A program made the position numbers and the translations under genes. From Trichoplax sp. H2 (lineage: Eukaryota), in NCBI GenBank assembly GCA_003344405.1, contig NOWV01000147.1:62001-126000 (forward strand): a stretch of DNA of 64,000 bases. The letters are read 5' to 3'. The notes below the pieces were generated by a model. That model searched no databases, had not been told where the DNA came from, and was given only the letters and a program-made list of their open reading frames with translations. Every line of letters starts with the position of its first letter. Within the stretch, counting starts at the first letter, position 1. Positions 40,401 through 53,103 of the stretch are shown here, in pieces.

Positions 40401-43400
40401 TAACTACGATTAAGTGGAAGGAACATATCGAGTAATTAATTCAATCCTTCAATAGAAATAAACGCCTTGAAAGTAGAGGCTGTCTTCCTTTCGTGAAATC
40501 TTTCATTCTTGTGCAACTTAGGTTACATAACCGTTGTATTATTTCACAGAAATAGTTCAAAACGACAGTTAAACGATATATCGCAAACAGATAGAAAAGC
40601 ATGACAAAGAACTGCCAAATAATAACTACGGTACCATATCCCATTTTAAGAAAAAGCATCGTCATCATAATCGTTTATGTGTTATGAAAGAACTATTTCC
40701 ACAGAAATTATTTCAAAATAGTTGGATGATATACCATAAATAACTATAAACGTAAGAAATAAGAATGATTTACGTATCTGTCTCAATCACTAAAATCATT
40801 ATGGTGCATTTATTTATTCTATGTCTGAAATAACCCTTCAAAATAGTTTTGCAGACAAATATTGGCTGTTTAGTTATGGATTCTTCTTTACTAAGTGAGA
40901 ATTGTGGTTATACCTTGATTGATAATTTAACGGGGAAAGGTAATCTTTTAATACTCTAACTGCAATAAAAATGAATTCATCAACTACTGGTAGCATGAAA
41001 TTAACGGATCTAGAATCATATACGTTCCTACACATCAAAGGCTGAATCATCGGCCATTCATTAAATTGAATATAACTTACGTATAGTCCACGCGTACTTA
41101 ATGAAATACGAATTTATCAAACAAAGCAACTGGGTACTAGAGTACTAGGAAAAGAATTATGGAAACGATTTCGTCGATTGCCTTCTAAAATAACTAGAAT
41201 CAACGTTAAATAGAATACAGTACAATCATTATTGTATCCCATGCGTTTATAGGTCATGATAAAGAATGATAGGATTGTAAGAAATTATGCATTAAATATT
41301 CAAGACACATACGGTAACAGATTTGACTCTATTGCATGTCTTGAGTATATTGACACATTCGATTAAATTGAAAAGATCAAGAAAAGCTTCTCGTAGCGTT
41401 GATAAATACTATCTAGACACAGTATGGGTAGGTTGATTTAAGTTAAGATGAATAAAGCTCTGTCTAGGATGGTTTAACTCTCCAACTTTTCTAGCTTAGA
41501 TAATAAATTAAGCTATGGCCAATTCTAGAAGTGACTGTCGTATACAAAAGCCTATACTGTATTATTTGACTGCAAACAAGACCGCATTATTAAGACGATA
41601 TTAAATTGACTATTTGGCCAATTATTCTCCCTATCGTAACTAAATCGACAATTTGCAACTTCAATAGTTTCGGAAGAAGATGGCAGACAAGTAAATTTGA
41701 ATGGATAAAAATCGCCATGACTACCTTGGGCTACAATTTCATGTTTGTAAGGAGCAGTCATGATGGCGAGACTAGACGTTATTTAAAGTTTAAATAAGAT
41801 CGATTTGATAGGTCGTCCCCTTATTAATAAAACCTGTCCTAGAGATCCGAAACCGCCTACCCTATTAACATCATTTTTAACCGATAACTTTTCAACGAAT
41901 TCGATAATACTTCCGCTAATCTGTATCAATCCTCTAATAAATTGTATTAATTAAAATCTCTTTACTAATTCGTTAGCGCTAATACAATTAACTAGCTCAT
42001 TCAGTTCTAAATCCATAATCTTAAACATCTATAGAAATAGTTAACTTTGATAAGCAGCACTTTTAATGGAAGACCAACATGGATGAAAGACGTTAAAAAA
42101 CTAGCAGATGAAGGCTGAGTTTAGTATTATCAGTGCTAGTAGAACTTGTTTAATCGAATGAATGTAAAAATTTAAGGGCATCTGATGATCATCAACGCGA
42201 TTTGTTCTATCTACATGATTGATTAATGGAATATCGTTGTCAAAATGCCTTTACACAATATTTGATAATACCAAATAAAAATGTTTGAAAGCATATTGAC
42301 GTATTTTACGTTCCTACTACTGCTGTTCCATGTCTTTATTCATTTCCTGCTACTGATTATTATCAATCATCAAGTAATCATAAATGACCGATACCCTAGC
42401 TGGTCTCTATTTGAAATAGTAGAAAGATGAAGATGTAGAAATGCCACTAGCAATTTAAATAGGAAGCATGCAAAGGATAAATTAATATAGTTATTGAACC
42501 ATTTTTGGATTTAAAATATTTTCGGTTAACATTACTGAGTTGGCAGCGGTACAATTTCCTTGAAAATGTCAGATTCTCAGATGAATTTGATAACATTTTC
42601 AATTTTAAAATATAATATTGAATAGCACATTGGAAATGATTCACTCCTTAGAAGCTTGATACTGAACTCAAACGGCCGCAGTTCTGCTCTGCTAATAAAA
42701 TGATGCTACGTGAATTGCATAGTTAAACATGCCTATTTTACTAGGGATATCTTGACAATAAAGCGTTTAAAATTGTTGCGAAGCCTTCCCCTCCCGATAG
42801 TTTCATTTTTTTTTAGTCATCACGGCGTGATAGGTATAAGACAACTGCCGAATTCTTTTGAGTTAGTATACGATTTTAGCGAGGATAGTAATCAACAGAG
42901 ACCGTAAATCTGAGTGATGCTATTAAGAATTGAAAAAGATAGAGGAAAATAAACAACTTTAAAGCACTTACTCAACTACTGTAGTATGCTCAACTAGCAG
43001 TAAATACAAGTAGACGTTGTTATACTTGTGTAGCACGATTGGAAATGGATATAGAGTGATGCTATGATTGTCAAGATCGCCATTATTGCAATATGTACCC
43101 TTCAATATCTGCTTATATAGTTTTTGAAAAAGAATTTGCGATACAACTACCGACTTACCTTGACTCATGGTTCACTGATTTCTATGAAGGCATTTATGTC
43201 GATAACCAATAAATAATCCAACTAAAATAACGAATATACAGAATTTCGCTACGGCAAAGGATAACTTTTTTGATAATAACTTCTTCTTTAACGCTTTGAT
43301 ATTTGTATCTAAGCTCCAATTTACCCTTTAATTCTCTTATTAATTCAGCAATAATAAGTATAAAAGACTACAACGTTCTTTGTAACCAATTTTTTTGTAT

Positions 43401-46400
43401 GTGTTTGTGCCTCAGTCTTGTTGATTTTCCTGACAAAGATGATACCATGTAGTTCGCTTTAATTCAACCAATTTCTTGCCCCTGGACTATTGGTCTGGGT
43501 ATACTTTTTTAATCTGCACGACGAGTGTTGATTCTTGGTTAGATAAATTAGATAAGGTTAATATAATTATTTAAGTTATCGCTATCGTCGTCATTTTAAC
43601 GGATGTACAAATTAATCAATAAGATTTTAATCAAGTGATTTATTTTGGACGAAATTTGGCCTACTAATACATTGACAAATATTTTATACTAGAGTGTGGC
43701 AAATCGAGTGGTGTTAACAGAAATGCTATAGATGGCTTGGTGAAACAATTGTCTTATGAGCCGTTTTTACTGAATATGAGTAAGATATTAGTCATAATTA
43801 CAAAGTTAACGTTATTTTGAACAATTCTACTTCGGACTGGATCTTATTGTTTTGATGATAATAGGCACAATAGTAGAGTTGATTGGTCTAAAAAGCAATC
43901 ATATAAAAGACGTATACTAACAAGAGTCGCAGCAGCAATCGGTATAGTCAATAGAATATTTTATAAATTTACTTTATTCTCTATCGATTCAACATTATTG
44001 ATTTTAACATTAAGGAGGCCATTACAAGGAGTGATGATAACTATGACTACAATAGACTAGATAACTTTTGTTTTATGGTTCGATAAAACAAAAGAAAACA
44101 CGTTATTGCCGCTAATACAAGTTATAAATATCAATATGTTATGCTGGGAGAAAAAAGATAAACTACGATTGATCTTGTCATTTTGTTGAAATACTTTATT
44201 CATTCGATTAGAAGTGATCTATACAAAGTTATTCGGAGCGAGATGGCAATCCAGTATCGATAGTATGCGTTGAGTTGGATATTGATTGAATTGTTTAATA
44301 CTTTGATGACACACCATACTGTCAAAGTTTAACTATGACTCACCTATCTTACATTATGCCATAGTAGGCATGGGACTTTGAGTTTAACAAATAAAAAAAT
44401 AGATGGAGTTATTATATACACCTTCTGTTTAAAATACGGCACATTATCAGTGATGATATACAGTGCCTAAAGTGTTTGTTTTATAAATGGATCTATGTCA
44501 ATGGACAAATTTAGGTGGAATGACACAGATAAAATATTATCTTAAATTAATTTCAACGTATATAGACGTTCAAGTTACCCTATAAAATTAAAATAACTCA
44601 TTTAATCGACTTCATCTCGGGTATCGATTTTATCGTTAAAAAAGTAATAAAACACTCAAATTGTGTTACTGGATTTCACGATTTTACTTCGTTGTTACTG
44701 CATTAGTTGAATGATAGCGTATTTCCAATGTTAAAAACTAAATCGTCAAGGTACTTAGTGGATTACGGAGTAGAGCAACAGCAAGGATAATCTTAATTTT
44801 CGTTATTAAAATGTCATCTTAGCGACATGTTAGCTGATGAAGATGAACAGCGTCCAAGTTCATGCCGCTATCGATATGAATTATGTCCATCATAATGGTG
44901 TAGTTAAAAGTTATAACTTAGTGTAACTATACAAATCAATCATTGATTTTAGATTGTTGGCGTTATGTGAATGCATGTACAGAGACAGACTAAATAAATA
45001 TTATAAAATGGGTCAACGAATAATAATTGACATGCATTTATTCCATTAGATAAACAAAGCTATTTTGAATTCTTACCTGCCAATAATGTAGTTTACCTAC
45101 ATATAAAAACAATCGCCTTATGACGTTTTATTCTGCGTATTACTTATCTATTGATCAATCACTGCAGTATAGTGCCATCGATTCATAACATGTCATTACT
45201 CATTTGCGATTATATTCTTGTTACTTGTAATAGCCATACAATACTAGCCTTGTTCACAACTATTTTCACCAACACAAATGTATTACAGCTATTTGAAAAT
45301 CAATTAATGCTGATCTAAGATTTTTTTACTCATTGTGTCGCTATGACCTACATAACCTGATAGAACTTTAAGAACCTTTTAACTCAAAGTAAACTCATAA
45401 TTAGTATTTATAAAAATAAAATTGAATAATACTGACCTCTTTACCGCGCTTATCTATTAGAATGCATTGCACTCCATCTTGTACTAATAATTAATGAATC
45501 CTTCATACAAACAAATAAATGGTTGTCATTCATTAGCATAACAAATCGATTTTAAGGCAGCTAATCGCATTGGAATGAAGATTTTTCATTAACACAGTAC
45601 TACTGTAATTTTAATTATTCATTGCAATTATTCATTGCAATATGTAAATTAACATAATTACATTAGCATGAATAACACCAGTAAAGTGATAACACATTAG
45701 AGTATTTGCTTTAAAAATGATTTTAAAAGTTCCAGTTTTACTGACAAAGTTTACCTCCCACCTAAAGTAAACGAGTGTAAATTTATTTCTACTAAATGAT
45801 TGATCGGTTGTTAAACAAACCAAATGTAGGTTTCTATCATAATTTCTTATAACTAACAACTAAAAAGTGACTAATGCTAGCATTCATGGGCTAATTAGCA
45901 ACAAATTGCCATAGGGTAGTCATGACATTGACCGCAATTATGACTTATCAACTCTTGTGAGTAATATTCTAATACTTTTTAATAGATACGGTATAAAGGT
46001 ATACATTACAATTCTTTCAAGCAATGGTGCAACGGAATTGAATTACAGTTCAAATTCATCAAGAATATAACCGATAATAACGTTTTAGGTAGAAATGAAT
46101 CCAGATTATAGGGCCTCAAATTAAGCTAAAAACGATTCTTTTGAATGAAAAATCGTCAAATAGCGATATAAATGCTAATGCAATAGAATTAGTGCATTAA
46201 AATAAAAAAGGTTTTTTCAATTTGTTGTACTGTTACTCTTGAATCATGTGGTTACCTCCTACTCTTAACGTATCAATACGAATAGTTTCCAGAAAGTTGA
46301 TTTATAAAATGATGGGATCAATTCTAGAATTGATCTTTTAGGTCACAAATTACAGTAGTACTGTAGAATAAAGATTACATTAAGAGAAGATGAAATATTA

Positions 46401-47623
46401 CACGTTGCAAATCAAAACTGATACGATCAAGCTTGAACTAATCTATTACATGGTTAATTAAAACGATAATTAAATGATTGTATATAATAAAATTACTTCT
46501 ATCTTAAAATTAAATAGACTGTATTTAAACTGTGAAATAGATCGCGTTATCATCAACATCGCTGGTAATATCTGAGGACAAATACGAATTGATATGATAA
46601 TGAAACGAATGAGTCATCTGTGTATCATCAAGTTATAATAAAGCGTGCAAGATGGATAGAATTAATTACTTGTATTATTTAAAATTTTAAATTTCTAATT
46701 AATTACAGATCTCATTAAGTCAATTCTCGTCGATCTTTAATTCAACATAATACCAGTGTAATGAAGAGGATATTAAATCAACCCTTCAGGGCTTTCAATC
46801 TATTCTAACTAATAAATAGAATTTCAACTTGACAAATTGCAATATAAAAAGCCTTGATCTGACTAATACTATCCACATAGTACAATGTCATTGCAAATAT
46901 AATTATATTATTAATATGTTGTTCAACTAAATAATAATCAATACGTTTTTTACAGTGTATTAAATGATTTTAAGCTCATTGTATTTGATAAAATAATATG
47001 CTACTTCGAGGTTATTTTATTGCTTTCTTAATAATAGTATCGTCACTATTATTACTATCTAGTTGTCTACATCATTAATTTTATTACTTAGATCTGATAT
47101 CTATGCCAACTTTTTAATAACTGTATCAACTATCTATCAAAGCATGCACGATCATTTGTTAGATTGACATAAATTTCTATTGAGATTAATTGGTGATAAT
47201 AATATACCCGTATATAACACTAATGAGACGAATAAGTTATGTAGTATATGTTCCTAAACTGATAATACAACTTTAATTACTATACAATCTTAATTAAGAA
47301 TAAAGAATAGGACTGTCAATAGAACTACTAGCTCTACAATTAAGCTATAGTGTATTCAATATAAGTAGCTATTTCTCGATAAAAATACTAATAAATCTTA
47401 ATTATGGTTTGCATTATCATTTTAGCGTCGCATCATAGTAGTATAAATTGTTGCATTTTCTGAGTTTCTAATAACTATATTATTTTTTAATCATTCTATA
47501 CTGATAAATATAGATTTTAATCTTGTCCAAAAATATGATTAAGTGCCATTGAAGGGGCAATCTAGTGTTATACACAGCTGCCTTTGGAAGGTAGTAACGG
47601 TATTTGATTTAGATAGCTCGTAC

Positions 47624-48068
47624 TTCTCAATGTAATGCTTTAATGCCATTGTGAAATCTTTATTCATCTCTAACATGGCAATTCTTTTGTCTTTTTGAAC
47701 CTAAATTGTGAAGTTTATTTAAATCTGCATCATTAAGGTACAGCAACGTGACGAAATAATATCATCGTCGTTATAATAGCTTTGATATAACTATGTTGAA
47801 GAAAGTGGTTCAAGGTCACAACTGGAAATACTTGTACATAAGGCATTTTAATTTCACTGATTTATATTTATTATACTTTCAGCTTTAAATAAGAAGCATT
47901 GTATTTCGATGACTCATTCGTAAGAACTCAACCGAATTTATTGTAGCACTGCATATCTAGTCCAATTAAGATACCAATACAATAATATAAAGTAGAAATG
48001 ATGAAATTTTAAACCGCCATACAAGAATACTTTTGTATTGCCACGGATAACTTCAAGGTTGCTCGTTA
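47624..48068 (-). CDS. Candidate upstream coding exons of the CCDC50-like gene
   Basis: AG/GT-bounded exons 48068-48031 and 47700-47624 join in frame to TSNLEVIRGNTK-VQKDKRIAMLEMNKDF, reminiscent of the CCDC50 N-terminal SN...N..VQ.D..A segment. Linkage to 34465 not established. Confidence 0.35.
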
Positions 48069-48680
48069 CTGTCGTGCACAGTACTATAATTTATTTACGG
48101 TAAAATTTTGCAATTTATTTTATCATTTTAAATATAAATAATTAGTCGATAGCCTACTTAGCCTCATTTTAAGATCAATGAATCATATGATGTATCTTGA
48201 GACTGGATACAAATAAGATATTATTCATATTCAGGTCGTATTTGCAGGGTAGTTACGTACGATCTCATAGCTATAACAATCCCAACAGCAGATGATTTAT
48301 TGTTGTGGTTCAGAATAGTATAACTTGTTGTATGCTACCTGCAACGATGTCAATAAAGATGTCTAAAAGGAAATCCATTTCAAACGATTCATTATAGCTA
48401 ATTAGGCCATCGAGTAGTATATACAGATAAAAGAAAGTAAATAGTTGGTTACAGTACAAGATAAGTTACAATTCCAAGCTTGATGTTGGAATCAAGTGCA
48501 CACCGCCATGCTGCAGTATAGCATCGTCTACAGTACTGTAACTGTGTAATGTCTGCATCGATCGTGTACTATATGCATCTGGACTACAAATTTACCTAAT
48601 ATTAGATCTTATGATCTTCGTTCATTTAAGTTTTGCGATTTATGTTCCCACTGTGCACAGCACGGCGTTCTAGCATTTGT

Positions 48681-49940
48681 GATCATCATCATGACCTACA
48701 GTAACTAATAACTAACTATACTAGAAGAAGACCTGGACTGAACACTCTTGGACGGACAAACATTTTAGGCCTCATCTCGTCCAACTATTATGCCAAAAAC
48801 ATCGTTATGGCAGTACTTTACTATGCAGGCGGTCGATTTTGAATTGGTTAATGTTTTCTAAATGAAGTCATATTGCATTGAATTTTACTCGTATTATCTG
48901 TTACAAGTTTCTGCTTGAAAACACTTCTATAAACTGTCCTTGACTGTCCTTGACGAAGACAAAAATACAGGATTTGACTAGAGTCCTTATGGGAGTCCTG
49001 GAAAAAGTTCATCGTGTGAACGTACCTTTATTATAGACTACCTTCCACGGACGTTTTTAAATATTGTAATAAAAGTAGATTTTTATCAGAAGTTTTCCTA
49101 GGTCTAGGTCTAACTTTATTATCATTAATGGGAATGATCAATCCATGTCTTCTTCTAGTAGTCCATGCTGATCCACGACTTCTTGATAAAATAATGTTCT
49201 CTTATAATTTACTATCGAGAAGTCCGTGTCATCATACCGTATACTATACACAGTACAGTATAGGAATCACATAGTGAAATGCGCAAGACTCGCTGNNNNN
49301 NNNNNNNNNNNNNNNGATCATCATCATGACCTACAGTAACTAATAACTATACTAGAAGAAGACCTGGACTGAACACTCTTGGACTGACAAACATTTTAGG
49401 CCTCATCTCGTCCAACTATTGTGCCAAAAACATCGTTATAGCAGTACTTTACTATGCAGGCGGTCGATTTTGAATTGGTTGATGTTTTCTAAATGAAGTC
49501 ATATTGCATTGAATTTTACTCGTATTATCTGTTACAAGTTTCTGCTTGAAAACACTTCTATAAGATCGTAGACGCCATTTCAATTAGTATCAGTGATTGC
49601 AAAACAGACATTATAGACTCCTTCCACGGACGTTTTTAAAATATTGTAATAAAAGTAGATTTTTATCAGAAGTTTTCCTAGGTCTAGGTCTAACTTTATT
49701 ATCATATAATAAACTTATACAGAAGAAGATATAGTCTGCCGCATTCCATTTGGCAAGAAAAGTCCGTCTACCCTAATGGGAATGATCAATCCATGTCTTC
49801 TAGTAGTCCATGCTGATCCACGACTTCTTGATAAAATAATGTTCTCTTATAATTTACTATCGAGAAGTCCGTGTCATCATACCGTATACTATGCACAGTA
49901 TAGTACAGGAATCACATAGTGAAATGCGCAAGACTCGCTG
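48681..49940. repeat. Near-identical direct duplication (48681-49295 and 49316-49940) flanking a 20-N gap
   Basis: Both copies begin GATCATCATCATGACCTACAG and end GCGCAAGACTCGCTG; N at 49296-49315; copies differ by SNPs and two block indels or replacements. Confidence 0.9.
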
Positions 49941-50049
49941 AAAAGGCTTACAGTACTGCATACTGTACTCAGTGTACTGTACACTGTACTCAACGTACTG
50001 TACATTGTAGTAGCACTTACGTTGCCTTTTAAGGATATGTCTTTGCGCA
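49925..50049. repeat. Second GTAC/CAGTA-rich tract within imperfect inverted repeat, immediately upstream of RPL39
   Basis: TGCGCAAGAC..AAAAGGC (49925-49947) vs GCCTTTT..GTCTTTGCGCA (50024-50049). The interior shares the exact 19-mer AGTGTACTGTACACTGTAC with 25161-25179. Confidence 0.65.
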
Positions 50050-50051
50050 AG

Positions 50052-50070
50052 TCCTCTCTCGGCCTTTTCC
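50052..50070 (+). promoter_or_regulatory. Pyrimidine tract (TCT/5'TOP-like initiator) of RPL39
   Basis: TCCTCTCTCggCCTTTTCC about 45-60 nt upstream of the ATG-only first coding exon; typical of ribosomal protein genes. Confidence 0.55.
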
Positions 50071-50113
50071 ACGCTCGATCCTGGTTAAGAACGTAGTCCA
50101 AAATCGAAAAATC

Positions 50114-51425
50114 ATGGTAAGAATCTGAAAGATATCGCTTGCATCCCTTTTAGTTCTCGAATAGAACCCAATTCTTAATGTAAAATAGGCAATCTTTTTG
50201 TGTTTTCGTCATCTTATGTGTAAATTAGCGATTGAGATGCTTGGAAACATTAGATTATCGATGTAAAGTGTAGATAGATTTCTGGAAATTTCAACATGGC
50301 GTCTGCTAACAATCCGCCTATACAGATGTAACAAAACCAAAATGTTACATCTCGATGGAATCAGTCTACTATGGAGATGACTGGTAGTTCTTTTTTTACT
50401 TACGGTACTTTATTTTATACTATCAGAGATTCAATAGAGGATTACACAACTACTTTGCTATTCAAACGCGTATCTGCATAGTTATTGGCGTGAATAACGA
50501 CTTTAAAGCACCAACTGTAAAGCACTAAGCTTGATTAGATGATCTTATTCAGGAGATTTTGAATTTCTAATCTTAACTGACGTATAGTTAAACCAGCTTA
50601 CCTTTATTTCATAATACACATTAGCCGGCTAGTAACTAAAATACTGATAATCTTGTTTCAGTTTCTACACATCCTACTGTCAATACATTTGCAGTAGGTT
50701 GAATTTTGAAGGAGTATACATCGTCCTTTGTAATGTACCATAGTTTCCAGATATTCACAACACGTATACATTACTTCTGCGTTTGAAGTTCTGCCCCATA
50801 AGGATAACAATGTGAAATTCGATAATTATGTCATGTAAATGATAGTATTCGTCGTACCGCAAACTGTATCTCTAGCATAATTATATAAAGCTTAAACCGA
50901 TTGGCTTTGTTGGTTGTTCCCTCGTTCCTTTGCCAACACTGATTACTCTGCTGTTTTAGCTTGATTCTTAATCCACACTATGCAACAAGTTAGGCTGATT
51001 GTAAAATAAATAATGTATATGAAGGCTAAAATGTTTGTTCGTCTTTCTACTAACTTAGTCGTCACACAAATCGTTCATTATCAAACGGAAATTGGCTAAA
51101 AAGATGAAGCAAAACAGGCCAGTCCCTCAGTGGATCCGATTAAGAACTAATAACAAAATTCGGTATGTTGGTGAACTGAATGCAATCAGACTCGTATAGT
51201 TGATTATTAATCGTAAAGGTTAAAATAATCCTTGTTATTAGTATATGGATGTGCATCATATATAGAGATTAAGCCCATTAATTTACCGCTTAACCAATGA
51301 CGATGTCTACTGGCGAAACCTACATAAGTAGATAACCAAGTTATTTATTCGAATTTATTGACTTTCAACTTTATAGCTACAACACGAAGCGAAGACATTG
51401 GCGCCGTACCAAATTAGGATTGTAA
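50114..51425 (+). CDS. RPL39: 60S ribosomal protein L39 (eL39)
   Basis: Exons 50114-50116 (ATG|gtaag), 51059-51162, 51377-51425 give [51 protein letters not shown] (51 aa). AATAAA at 51554. Absent from the ORF track. Confidence 0.97.
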
Positions 51426-53103
51426 GAACTTTCTCTGGAAACATTGATCTTCTAAAATATGTGGATTCATCCTGTAAAATAGAATGGACAAACTGAAAAA
51501 ATCCTATAGTGATTGTCCTTACGGCCTGTTCGTACTTTGTAATTGGGATTTAGAATAAAATTTCCATTGCAGTTAACAAATCTTTGAGATGTTTATACTT
51601 AATTTGCTGGTTAAAATTCTGTTTGTAACCTTGCTATAGACTTTGATATACTTTAGCGTCTTAAGTCTCCTTCTGTAGCATGTCTTGAATAATGTAGCTT
51701 CCACGTAAACAAAGAGGTTGTAGCTGTTAGATTCCTAAAACTAAAATTGTATGTACTGTAAGGACAGGCATAACAATGTACGGTAGACTGCATAAGGTAA
51801 CTCCGAACACAAAATATAGCAAAGCATAAAGCGATTAGATCAATACAGGTTATGTGGAAAAATTACAAAACGAAGGAAATGATAAATTACAAGTCCAACG
51901 TCGTTCTTATTCGATCTTGATATCTTTTATATTATGTGGCAACAACCTAGCTGGTAGATTTCTATGGTCATAAAGCTTGATAGCCTTCAACCAATACTCG
52001 TATTAGTAATGAATTATCAGCATTGCACGAACAGGTATTTTCAGCCACCATGATCAACACAGATTAAGATAAAGATCACTTGACGATAATCTGACTACAT
52101 TGGTAGCAGTGATGTTGAAAATTATATACTTGAATATACCCTAACCTGCTGACGTATGATTGTCTAATTCATGTTATTATAAATTATAACCTTAGAGTTC
52201 TGTAAGTATTAGATTTCTACGCTAATAACTATGATTATAACAGTCTATCGGTCAATTCGACTAGGTCTCCTTACGTACCGGCATAAAAATTAAAAATTAA
52301 GAGTGATAAATAGAATGACATGCTCTTATATCGTTGCAGAATCTCTGAAAGCGAACTGTCAGTATGGTTAGGTTGGTTCATTAATTTACGAGCGCATTTG
52401 CATGCGTATAGTGTCATTAAATCGCTTCGAAAATTACAAATGTAGAGAAAACTACATAACTGTTAATTTATCATAAATACTGCACTTGAACTACTGTGCG
52501 ATGCTAACGTTTCGGCGATATATTAATTAAAGCCAGTTAATTATCTCCTAGAGTGTACACTAGAGACTCTAATAAGGTCCAGGACTTCTAGTGTATACTT
52601 TGCAAGGATTTACGATGCTTCCTGGGCAGTAATAAAATTGTGGTAATTATAATCAAGAAACATTCCATTGCACGATCTTTACTAATTAATTAAAGGGTGC
52701 TATTAAAAAATAAACTCAAAGAGGCAGCCAGTGTTAAAATAATTAATATATAGTAAAATCAATTTCTAGAACCGGCATAAAATTATAGATTTAACCTTAG
52801 TTAAGCCTAGGCTGCAATTTATACGGTATTTAGCAATGCTTGAGTCTACTCAGCTCTAACTTAAGTTAAGATGGTATATCCACGATTAACAACACGACAG
52901 CAACATTATACGTATATTCTACCTGAGATTAGAAATACTATGCGATTAGGATTCCGTGAGTTTCAATGAGCTAACTCAAGCGTGTTCATATCGATGTTTC
53001 ATGACTAATTATTATTTATGTGTATTAGTTAAGCTTAGAAGCATCAACCCTTATTTAAGAAGACACTATAAGGCGTAATTCTATAAGTAAATGAGCTGAC
53101 GAT

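Noticed and set aside
41552-41797. Overlapping 69-aa and 63-aa ORFs
   Set aside because: No recognisable domain, and no convincing splice partners found.
50296-50331. ATGGCG-initiated short ORF in RPL39 intron 1
   Set aside because: Stops after 11 codons; more likely a YY1-like motif in the first intron.
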